Of a stretch of 64,000 bases of DNA, positions 9,952 through 18,161 are shown piece after piece. Origin of the DNA: Thermodesulfovibrionales bacterium. Its GTDB lineage: Bacteria; Nitrospirota; Thermodesulfovibrionia; Thermodesulfovibrionales; SM23-35. Positions within the stretch are counted from its first letter, which is position 1; each line of letters opens with the position of its first letter. Below the pieces are notes generated by a model that saw nothing but the letters and a program-made list of their open reading frames with translations, was not told the origin of the DNA and searched no databases. The DNA is taken from positions 10,755 to 74,754 of the forward strand of contig CAVSHJ010000027.1 of NCBI GenBank assembly GCA_963727725.1. The letters run 5' to 3'. Made by a program: the position numbers and the translations under genes.

Positions 9952-10359
9952 ATGACATTAGGAGATATCCTGAGTTCGAAGCCGTATGGGATAGTAAAGA
10001 TCAGCGGGAATTGCAGTATTGCGGATGCGGTGAAGATGATGAGTGATAAGAACGTGAGCGGAATATTCGTCGTAGATGAAAAGGACAAGCTCATAAGAAT
10101 CTTCACCGAGAGGGACATCGTCCGGTGTGTTTTTAACAATACTCCTACAGACGAGTATTTACAGAACCTCATGATGCGTGACATTACCATATTCGACCCG
10201 TCGACAGAGGTGAGTGCGGCAATAGCCATCGCCTCAAGGAAGAAGATAAGGCACCTGCCGGTTGTTGAAGGAGAGAAGATTATCGGCATGGTTACATTCA
10301 GAGACCTGGTCTCCTATCTCCTTCCGGAGATCTGCTATATGGCGGAGACGATGTACTAA
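9952..10359 (+). CDS. CBS-domain pair protein
   Basis: ATG at 9952 preceded by GGAGGA. The sequence is typical of tandem CBS domains (…ADAVKMMSDKNVSGIFVVDEKDKLIRIFTERDIV…IRHLPVVEGEKIIGMVTFRDLV). The ORF track fuses it to the nuoF-like 3' end, probably an artefact. Confidence 0.75.
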   Translation: MTLGDILSSKPYGIVKISGNCSIADAVKMMSDKNVSGIFVVDEKDKLIRIFTERDIVRCVFNNTPTDEYLQNLMMRDITIFDPSTEVSAAIAIASRKKIRHLPVVEGEKIIGMVTFRDLVSYLLPEICYMAETMY

Positions 10360-10428
10360 CGCCGTGCTATAAATATTCAGAGATATTAAGAGTGAGAGGC
10401 CAAACGGAAACAGATATCTGGAGGAACG

Positions 10429-11046
10429 ATGCGTGAAGAGCGTGAACCCGGTGAAAAGGGGAAAAGAGTCGAAGATATAAGGAAAGAAGCTGAAGAGAAG
10501 GCATGTTCTGTTCAAAGTGCCCTCTATTTTATCGGAGAGTTTATTGCAGGGCCGATGTGCGGCAAGTGTTATCCCTGCTCCCTGGGCACCGGGGAAGCGA
10601 AGATCAGATTAATGAGGATCAGCCGCCATTCAGAAAATGCAGCGGAGGCTGATATCCAGGCGTTAAGGAGAATAGGGGTGAATATGGCGGCGGGAGCATC
10701 CTGCAAGAAAGGCAGGGACGCGGGCCAGTTCATTACGGAAGTACTTTCCGGGTCGGACGAAGAAATCAGGCAGCATCTTGCCGGTATTTGTCCGAAAAGG
10801 GAATGCGCCGACCTTATCCGGTACATAATTCAACCTGAACTCTGCATCATGTGCGGTAAGTGTTCGGAGGTATGTGAGGGCGGCGCCATAATAGGCGAGA
10901 AGAAGCAGCCTTACCTTTCGGGTTTCCTTCCTTTCGAGATCAGGCAGAAAAGATGTACAAAGTGCGGTGTGTGCGTCAGTGTTTGTCCCACGGGGGCGAT
11001 CGTGGCCATAACGGTTCCGAGAGAAGAGTTGGTCGGCAAAGAGTAA
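10429..11046 (+). CDS. NuoF C-terminal (N3 4Fe-4S)-like domain fused to a 2x[4Fe-4S] ferredoxin
   Basis: PMCGKCYPCSLGTGEA resembles the NuoF ESCGKCxPCR motif. CIMCGKCSEVCE and CTKCGVCVSVCP are ferredoxin motifs. Confidence 0.7.
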   Translation: MREEREPGEKGKRVEDIRKEAEEKACSVQSALYFIGEFIAGPMCGKCYPCSLGTGEAKIRLMRISRHSENAAEADIQALRRIGVNMAAGASCKKGRDAGQFITEVLSGSDEEIRQHLAGICPKRECADLIRYIIQPELCIMCGKCSEVCEGGAIIGEKKQPYLSGFLPFEIRQKRCTKCGVCVSVCPTGAIVAITVPREELVGKE

Positions 11047-11072
11047 CTTCATAAATATAGAGGAGGCATTGA

Positions 11073-13094
11073 ATGGAGAAACTGGTGAAACTGAAAATAG
11101 ACGGGAAAGAGGTCGAAGCACCGGCGGGCATAAACCTCATAGATGCGGCGGAGCTCGCAGGGGTTCATATACCAAATCTCTGCTACCTCAAAGGCATGAA
11201 GGGGATAGGTGCGTGCAGGCTCTGCCTGGTTGAAGTTGAAGGACTGAAGGCGCCTGTGATCGCATGCAATACCAAAGTCAAGGAGGGCCTTGTTGTCACC
11301 ACAAAGACCGATAAGATACAGGAAGTGAGAAAATTTGTGATAGATCTTATCCTGTCCATGCATCCTCTTGACTGCATGACCTGTACAAAGGCCGGCGTAT
11401 GCAACCTCCAGAAATATGCGTACGATTTCGAACTCAAGGAATCCTCTTTTACAAGGAAGAAGTTCGGATATCCTACTGATCAAGCAAACCCGTTCATAAA
11501 GAGGGACCCTGAATACTGTATCCTGTGCGGGAGGTGTGTCAGAGTTTGTAAGGAACAGGGGACCGATGTCCTCGAATTCATGGGCAGGGGTATCGAATCC
11601 AAGGTCGTTACCGCAAACGACAAACCGCTTCAGGAGTCCGGGTGCACATTCTGCGGGAGTTGTGTCGATGCATGCCCTGTGAATGCCCTCCTTGAGTCCG
11701 ACAGGTGGCGCAAGGGAAGAGAATGGGAGTATGAAAAAGTCTATTCCGTATGCCTTTTATGCGGCAATGGATGTGATATCACTGTGAGCACGAAAGACGG
11801 CAGAATACAGAAAATAAGCGCAGGAGCGCCGGTTGGTTCTGCAGAGAAATATATCTGTGCCTACGGCAGGTTCGGCTTCGACTGCGTTGAGGCGGAGACA
11901 AGGCTCACCTCGCCTATGAAAAAGATCGACGGCGAACTCAGGGAGACGACGTGGGATGATGCGCTCGGTATTGTGGCCGGTAAGCTCAAGAAGGCCGGCA
12001 GTGAGGCAGGGTTTATAAGTGTGGCAGGCATAGAGAACGAAGACGCCCTGGCCATGAAGAAGCTTGCAAAAGACGTAGTGAAAACAAAGAACTTTGATAC
12101 GACCCTGAGCCTCTATGCGGACGCTGATTCTCTTAGAAAGTCTCAGACAGCCGACATCGACAAGGCGGACCTGATTCTGCTCGTCGGTCTGAACCCGTCC
12201 CAGTGGGAAAGGGTCCTGCCGGCACTGGATGCGGTAGTGAGGAGGAGAGTGAACAGGGGAGCAAAGCTGATCGTCATAAACTCCTCTGATACGAGGATTG
12301 CCGGGGCGGCAACGGCGAATCTCCGGGGAGACGAGATATCGATCCTCAAAGGAATCGCAAAGGCCTTGATAGAAAAGGGTGTGAAAGCAGACAAGAAGTT
12401 GGAGTCGGATGTAAGAGATGCCGAGGTTACGGAAGATATTGAAAAGGCTGCGGCCCTCATCTCCGGGGCCGGTGAACCTCTCATATTCTCCTCTCCGTCG
12501 CTGTTTGAGGCATCAGCTAATATCGCCCTGCTGAAGGGAAAAATCATTTCCGTTGGAATTGAGAGCAACGCACGGGGCATTGCTCTTATGGGTTTGACAA
12601 CAGAGGGGAAGGGCTATAAGGAGATGGTCTCCCGAGGAATGAAATTGCTCTATGCAGTGGGGGAGGTACCTTTAAAGAAAAGACCGGAAACTGATTTCCT
12701 TGTTGTGCAGAACTCTCATCTGACAGAGATTGCAAAGCAGGCCGATGTCGTACTGCCTTCCTCAACCTTCCTCGAGTCGGCCGGCACAATGATTGATTAT
12801 ATGGGAAGGCTGAAGTTTCTTCCTGAAGTACTGGAGCCGCAGGGAGAATCCAGGAGCCATAGGGATATTTTTATCAGCATTGCGAAGGTGATGGGCGCGA
12901 AGTTGAAAATGCCGGCTGAGGCTGATGTCAATAAGGCTGCAAAAATGAAGGCGAAGTTGTCATATAGCCCGTTTGCCAGGAAAGAAGAATTCGACATTTC
13001 TCCGGGCGAAATAATCGAATCCGTGAACGCATCCGTTATCAACGGTTCAAGACTCCTGTGGCTTAAGGAGACCGAAAAGGCGGTAGCCGTCTAA
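11073..13094 (+). CDS. NuoG-like / formate-dehydrogenase-alpha-like FeS subunit (2Fe-2S, 4Fe-4S, molybdopterin-oxidoreductase-type domain)
   Basis: N-terminus KIDGKEVEAPAGINLIDAA…GACRLCLVEV, then HPLDCMTCTKAGVCNLQ, CILCGRCVRVC, CTFCGSCVDACP and CLLCGNGCDI. I did not see an obvious catalytic Cys/Sec motif. Confidence 0.75.
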   Translation: MEKLVKLKIDGKEVEAPAGINLIDAAELAGVHIPNLCYLKGMKGIGACRLCLVEVEGLKAPVIACNTKVKEGLVVTTKTDKIQEVRKFVIDLILSMHPLDCMTCTKAGVCNLQKYAYDFELKESSFTRKKFGYPTDQANPFIKRDPEYCILCGRCVRVCKEQGTDVLEFMGRGIESKVVTANDKPLQESGCTFCGSCVDACPVNALLESDRWRKGREWEYEKVYSVCLLCGNGCDITVSTKDGRIQKISAGAPVGSAEKYICAYGRFGFDCVEAETRLTSPMKKIDGELRETTWDDALGIVAGKLKKAGSEAGFISVAGIENEDALAMKKLAKDVVKTKNFDTTLSLYADADSLRKSQTADIDKADLILLVGLNPSQWERVLPALDAVVRRRVNRGAKLIVINSSDTRIAGAATANLRGDEISILKGIAKALIEKGVKADKKLESDVRDAEVTEDIEKAAALISGAGEPLIFSSPSLFEASANIALLKGKIISVGIESNARGIALMGLTTEGKGYKEMVSRGMKLLYAVGEVPLKKRPETDFLVVQNSHLTEIAKQADVVLPSSTFLESAGTMIDYMGRLKFLPEVLEPQGESRSHRDIFISIAKVMGAKLKMPAEADVNKAAKMKAKLSYSPFARKEEFDISPGEIIESVNASVINGSRLLWLKETEKAVAV

Positions 13095-13372
13095 TATTTT
13101 CATGTAAGTCGCCAACGCTTCTTTGCCAACGTTCAGTTGTTTTTAGCCGTCATTGGCCGCGAAGATGGGCATTTTGTCGTATGCCCGAGGTTTTAGTAGA
13201 CATCCATGTGTTTTTAACGATTCCGCCTCGGGAATGACGACAAATGGATGTATTTTAGAGCTTTTATTAAAGGATTATGCCGCACACAGTAGGTTCTTCA
13301 GGAGCATTGTATGGATAGTCGATTCATGCCACAATTTGGTTCAAAAGGGATGTGGCCGCTTTGATCCAAAAT

Positions 13373-14110
13373 ATGGATGATATCATTAACATAAAGATTC
13401 CCGTCTTTGAAGGCCCCTTTGATCTGCTTCTCCACCTTATCAGGGAAAACAAGATCGATATCTATGATATCCCCATCGCCTTAATCACGGGACAGTACCT
13501 CCGGTATATTGAAATGATGGAGGAACTCAATCTCGAAATAGCAGGGGAGTTCCTTGTAATGGCCGCGACCCTTATCCATATCAAATCCCGGATGCTGCTT
13601 CCACCGGACGAAGAAGTCCCTTCCGAAGAACAGGAAGACCCAAGGCGGGACCTTGTTGAGAGGCTTCTCGAATATCAGAGGTTCAAGGAAGCGGCAGGCG
13701 ATCTCAGAGAGAAGGAAAACGAGTGGATGAAAGTGTTTCGCAGGGAGCCTCTGTCAGAAGATGAAGAGGAGGGGGAGCTATATCTTTTTGACCTCGGTCT
13801 CTTTGATCTTCTGGAAGCGTTCAAGAAGATCCTCGATAAGGCCCCGCCTGAAGTCGTTTCTATCACAAAAGAGACACTGACTGTGAAGGACAGGATGTCC
13901 AGGATAATGGAGATGATCGAGGGACTGGAGGCTGTCAGATTCGAGGACCTCTTCGAAGACAGCATAACAAGGATCCAGCTGATAGTGACCTTCGTCGCAC
14001 TCCTCGAGCTTATCAGACTCGGTCTTGCCAGGGTGTATCAGGAAAGGGAGTTCGGTAATATATGGGTAATAAACCCTGCAAGACAGTCAGCGGTAACGAC
14101 CCAGTCATAG
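13373..14110 (+). CDS. scpA: Segregation and condensation protein A
   Basis: FEGPFDLLLHLIRENKIDIYDIPIALIT…EIAGEFLVMAATLIHIKSRMLLP is the ScpA signature. Confidence 0.85.
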   Translation: MDDIINIKIPVFEGPFDLLLHLIRENKIDIYDIPIALITGQYLRYIEMMEELNLEIAGEFLVMAATLIHIKSRMLLPPDEEVPSEEQEDPRRDLVERLLEYQRFKEAAGDLREKENEWMKVFRREPLSEDEEEGELYLFDLGLFDLLEAFKKILDKAPPEVVSITKETLTVKDRMSRIMEMIEGLEAVRFEDLFEDSITRIQLIVTFVALLELIRLGLARVYQEREFGNIWVINPARQSAVTTQS

Positions 14111-14175
14111 AAAAAAGATAAAGCCTGCCGTATCCGTGCCCCTCTCAGATTTTTTAAGCATTAAAGAAAGTGAGA

Positions 14176-14205
14176 TTGACTTAACCCCGCCGGTATTGAT
14201 AAATT
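14176..14205 (+). promoter_or_regulatory. Candidate sigma-70 promoter upstream of the first OmcS-like gene
   Basis: TTGACT (14176-14181), then TG-n-TAAATT (14197-14205, extended -10), followed immediately by the perfect palindrome AAGCTATAGCTT (14206-14217). Confidence 0.35.
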
Positions 14206-14372
14206 AAGCTATAGCTTCAATAAGGAAAGAAGAAATGCGCAGCAAAATCGCCGGATACAAGAAAAGAGCTATATATTAAATAGTTTGCGACTGTGCATCT
14301 CCTCTGAGGAATAAAATGTATTTTTCTCCGAATATTAAAATCTGGCGTAATTTATGCTTTTGCTATCAGAAT

Positions 14373-15371
14373 ATGCGGAAAAGTACGATCTGTCTTGCAG
14401 CGGTTCTTTCTATCGCAGTTCTATTTACTTTCGAAATGACAGAAGACGGCCTGGCAGTTGTCGCCGGAGACTGTAATGCCTGTCACACGGTTTATCCGGG
14501 GATGACAGAGAAGACTTTTCGTGCGAAGCCGTTCGAATATGTCTCCAGAGAGGTATTCTGTGTGAAATGCCACTCGAGCAATACGAGCGACACAATTATG
14601 ACGCTCGGCGGGAACCGGGTCCCTGTTGTTTTCAATAACTCAAAGCCTGTCAAACCCTTGGGGGGTGGAAATTTTTACTATGTGGCCTTCAGTGGAGACA
14701 GGAAAGGACACAATGTTAACGGGGTCTCATCCCGGGACACGGAATTCTCCGGTTTGCCCCCGGCCTACAGAAGGTCATCTGATCCTTCGTCCATAGGATA
14801 CAACCCTCAGAAGCCTCTGACGTGTGCCGGTTCAAACGGCTGTCACGGAAACAGGAATATTGAAGACCCGTTTGAGGCCGTCTTGGGCTCTCATCATGCG
14901 ATCAACATACCTGCTGACGGCAGCACAACGGCCAGGAGTTACAGGTTCTTGAGGAATTCCGACGCGCTGAAGGGCGTTATCGGCCTTGAGGACGACGAAT
15001 GGAATCAGAACGCCACTCCGAGAAAACATAACGAATATACTTCTTCTATAGACGTACTCTGCAGAAGCTGCCATGGCGGCCTTCAGAGCGGACATGCGGG
15101 CAGGCAGTTTAATCATCTTGCCGGAGTTCCCCTGCCGGCGAACGGGGAGTATATGAAATACGAGATTTACGATCTCGACGCGCCGGTTGCCAGAGAAACG
15201 GTTCCCCTGGTCTCAAGCGATGTTGTCACACCGGGTAAAGACCTGGTAACATGCCTCTCCTGCCACGTTGCCCACGCAAGTCCCTACGACTCTGAGTTAA
15301 GATGGGACTATGACAGCATCTTTACGGAAGGAGAGAGAAGCGGTTGTCTGATATGTCATACAGGCAAATGA
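14373..15371 (+). CDS. OmcS-like six-haem c-type cytochrome, paralog 1
   Basis: Signal peptide MRKSTICLAAVLSIAVLF. Haem motifs CNACH, CVKCH, CAGSNGCH, CRSCH, CLSCH, CLICH. Family blocks GGGNFYYVA, GHNV, SYRFL, HNEY, CLSCHVAHASPY, LRWDY. Confidence 0.75.
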   Translation: MRKSTICLAAVLSIAVLFTFEMTEDGLAVVAGDCNACHTVYPGMTEKTFRAKPFEYVSREVFCVKCHSSNTSDTIMTLGGNRVPVVFNNSKPVKPLGGGNFYYVAFSGDRKGHNVNGVSSRDTEFSGLPPAYRRSSDPSSIGYNPQKPLTCAGSNGCHGNRNIEDPFEAVLGSHHAINIPADGSTTARSYRFLRNSDALKGVIGLEDDEWNQNATPRKHNEYTSSIDVLCRSCHGGLQSGHAGRQFNHLAGVPLPANGEYMKYEIYDLDAPVARETVPLVSSDVVTPGKDLVTCLSCHVAHASPYDSELRWDYDSIFTEGERSGCLICHTGK

Positions 15372-16445
15372 CTACGCAGCTTCTTTTTTCTCTTTGCGCA
15401 CTGCTCTGCGCTCTCTGCTTGTTTTTTGCCCGAGCCTGACGCCAGGGTCAGGGGCAGATGCAAGGACTGCCACTACGTGCGCGGCGGTCAGGGTGTAGCG
15501 GAAACCATCTGTTTTATCGACTCGAAAATAAGTGCCTGGCATGTCACGGCCGGGATCCGGGCAGGGAGTGAGAATATCACCACCATAGGGAAAACGAGAT
15601 TCCCCCAGGTGCTTCACCATATGCAAAACAACGACCTGGCGGGCGGAAACTTCTATTACGTCGCGGACACTTTTAATCCCGATTATTCCCGGGGACATAA
15701 CATAGCGGGAATTTCACGTCCAGCAAAATCCTCCGATGAACGTGCCGCCCGGCTTCATGAAAAACGTTTTGATTCCCGGAAGCACAGGTCCCGCCTATTG
15801 GCCCGAATCAGACGTCAGCTGAATTGTTCGGGGACATGGGGCTGCCATGGAAACAGGACCATAGAAGACCCTTATAAGGCAATCGCGGGGGCTCATCATG
15901 AGGAAGACAGCACAATTGATGGATCAACAGTCGGCAAGAGTTATCGCTTCCTTTACGGAATAAAAGGTAAAGAACACCCTGAGTGGGAGTACCTGGCTAC
16001 CCCTGTTAACCATAACGGCTATGAAGGCGCAATTGACGCCAACAGCATGGACACTATCAGCTATCTCTGTGGTGAATGCCATGCAAAATTTCATCCCAAT
16101 CCGAATCTCGGCGGAAGGGAGGAGGTCGGTCAGGCGTATGACACCGCTGTCTGGCGAAGGCATCCGGTTGATATTGCATTCAATTCCGTGCGGGGAGGTT
16201 TCGCGAATTCCGAGTACGAAGGTTACGTGCAATACAGCCTTGAAGCTCCCGTAGCCTATGACAAACCTACCGGAAGAGAGGATGCCGTTAATTCCGGCAG
16301 CGTGATCATGTGTTTGTCATGTCACAGGGCACACGCGAGTCCATACCCCAGTATATTGAGATGGGATTATTCCAAGATGACCGCAGGCACAGGTAAATCA
16401 GGCACAGGATGTTTTGCATGTCACACAAAGAAAGGGCATGAATAA
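15368..16445 (+). pseudogene. OmcS-like six-haem cytochrome, paralog 2, with multiple frame disruptions in the 5' half
   Basis: ATG at 15368 overlaps the paralog 1 stop (ATGA) and encodes the signal peptide MTTQLLFSLCALLCALCLFFARA. CKDCH, CLACH and AGGNFYYVAD..GHNIAGIS then lie in alternating frames. From CSGTWGCHGNRT onward the ORF is intact to CFACHTKK. Confidence 0.7.
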
Positions 16446-16670
16446 GAAAAGATTTACCTGAGAAGGTCTCTGAAATAAATTCTGTTCTAATAGATCGCCA
16501 CAGAATCTGAGTCCGCAAGAACACTGTATCCCGCCATGATTGAAACCTATTTGTATTCTTCAGCGGTTAATAAACTCTGTTCGATCCTGTCTCAGGCCGG
16601 TCTGCTTAAAGAAAAAGAAGGATATTCCAAGGGCCGCTCCATATATGTTTAGCAAAAGATAAAAAAGGAC

Positions 16671-16698
16671 TTGACATATTTTGCACGCAGCATTTAAT
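16671..16698 (+). promoter_or_regulatory. Strong sigma-70-type promoter candidate for OmcS-like paralog 3
   Basis: TTGACA (16671-16676), 16-nt spacer, TTTAAT (16693-16698). It sits in a 489-bp AT-rich intergenic region and would give a leader of about 230 nt. Confidence 0.5.
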
Positions 16699-16934
16699 TT
16701 AGAAGCATATGATAAACTTGAACAGTGTAATGTTTAACTCTTTAATATTATATTGTGGCATCAAACTTGCTACTATAATTAAATAATTAAACACTAAATT
16801 CGATAAATCGACCCAAACGATCTTTTTCGATTATTCAGGATGGGTACTTATAATTAGCAATAAATAATTAGCAGATAATATAATCGATACTTGCAGTTGT
16901 CAATCAAAACTAGAAGGAAAGGAGGTGAGAGGAG

Positions 16935-18044
16935 ATGAGAAAGTTATCGAATGTCATGTTTTTGACTCTGATCGGTCTGGCGCTGATTGCCGGAAGAGCT
17001 TATGCGATTACGGGCGTATGTTCAAATTGCCATACCATGCACAACAGTCAGAACGGGCAACCGATGGCAGACCGGGCGGACCCGTACGCATATCTGCTGA
17101 GGGCAAGCTGTGTGGGCTGCCATACAGGCACTACGGGTGAGACGAACAGTTTTGGCGCTCCCATTGTCTACCATACGACCAACCCTATCGATCAGGGAGG
17201 AGGCAAGACCCTTGCGGGCGGCGATTTCTATTGGGTTGCTACGGGTGGAGGCCATACAGACAGCATGGGTCACAATGTCAGCGGAATTGCAGCGGAGGAC
17301 CAACTGATCGGTGGAAGTGCGGCTGGTTTTACGCCACCTGGCTGGGATCCTGCTGCTACCCCCGGAGCCAATAGCGATGGTCAGGTTAACGATGGAGGGG
17401 CAACGTGGACGACGCAGCTGACTTGTGCCGGAACGAACGGTTGTCACGGGACTCACAGTGCTGCCGCTGACGCCGGCATCACGGGCGCCCATCACGGCAA
17501 CGTGAATGGGACATCCAATCAGGCAAATAGTTCAACTACGGTAGACAGTAGTTACAGGTTCCTGAGCGGTATCTATGGATTGGAGAATGTCGACTGGAAC
17601 TATAATGAGGATAGCTCAACCCACAATGAATACTCTGGTGTGGATTCCCCGGGCGGCAGAGACGCGGGAACGGCTTATGCGAATAAACATACCATAAGCT
17701 ATTCATGTGCCGAATGTCACGGTTTCTTCCACAGCAAGATAGCCAGCACTTCAGGCGGAGGCACTCCCTGGCTGAGGCATCCGACGGACATCGCTCTTCC
17801 GAATAAGACCGAGTATGCGGCTTACACTACCTACAGTGTTGAGGCTCCTGTCGGAAGGTCTACGGTTCCTGCAACCAGCGGCAGTACGGTAACTCCCGGA
17901 ACGGATACCGTCACCTGCATTTCATGCCACAGGGCTCACGGCTCGCCACAGGCTGACCTGTTGAGATGGGACTATTCACAAATGGTAGCGGGCGACAGTT
18001 CTAAAACAGGAGGCTGTTTCGTCTGCCACACAACTAAAAACTGA
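16935..18044 (+). CDS. OmcS-like six-haem c-type cytochrome, paralog 3 (intact)
   Basis: AGGAGGTG ribosome-binding site and signal peptide ending AYA|ITG. Haem motifs CSNCHTMHNS, CVGCH, CAGTNGCH, CAECHGFFH, CISCHRAHGSP, CFVCHTTKN. Also AGGDFYWVA, GHNV, SYRFL, WLRHPTDIALP, LRWDY. Confidence 0.8.
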   Translation: MRKLSNVMFLTLIGLALIAGRAYAITGVCSNCHTMHNSQNGQPMADRADPYAYLLRASCVGCHTGTTGETNSFGAPIVYHTTNPIDQGGGKTLAGGDFYWVATGGGHTDSMGHNVSGIAAEDQLIGGSAAGFTPPGWDPAATPGANSDGQVNDGGATWTTQLTCAGTNGCHGTHSAAADAGITGAHHGNVNGTSNQANSSTTVDSSYRFLSGIYGLENVDWNYNEDSSTHNEYSGVDSPGGRDAGTAYANKHTISYSCAECHGFFHSKIASTSGGGTPWLRHPTDIALPNKTEYAAYTTYSVEAPVGRSTVPATSGSTVTPGTDTVTCISCHRAHGSPQADLLRWDYSQMVAGDSSKTGGCFVCHTTKN

Positions 18045-18055
18045 TGTTCAATGCA

Positions 18056-18100
18056 AGAGGGCAAAGGGAATCCGATAAACCCGCTGCCCTCTTCTTTTAT
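18056..18100 (+). terminator. Rho-independent terminator candidate after paralog 3
   Basis: Stem AGAGGGCA (18056-18063) / TGCCCTCT (18085-18092) followed by TCTTTTAT. The loop of about 21 nt is rather large. Confidence 0.45.
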
Positions 18101-18161
18101 GTTTCGTTCATTTATTTGATTTTGAAGAGCAGCAAATAAGGGCATTGAATGCGAGAAGAGA

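Noticed and set aside
9820-10359. Apparent fusion of the NuoF C-terminal ferredoxin motif to the CBS-domain protein
   Set aside because: A one-base change in the A-run near 9876 would end nuoF at the TGA at 9894-9896. A GGAGGA ribosome-binding site and an ATG at 9952 fit an independent CBS gene, so the fusion is most likely an indel artefact.
13153-13380. 75-aa ORF between the nuoG-like gene and scpA
   Set aside because: It overlaps a partial repeat module (…ccgcctcgggaatgacg…) and the scpA start region, and has no motif or ribosome-binding site.
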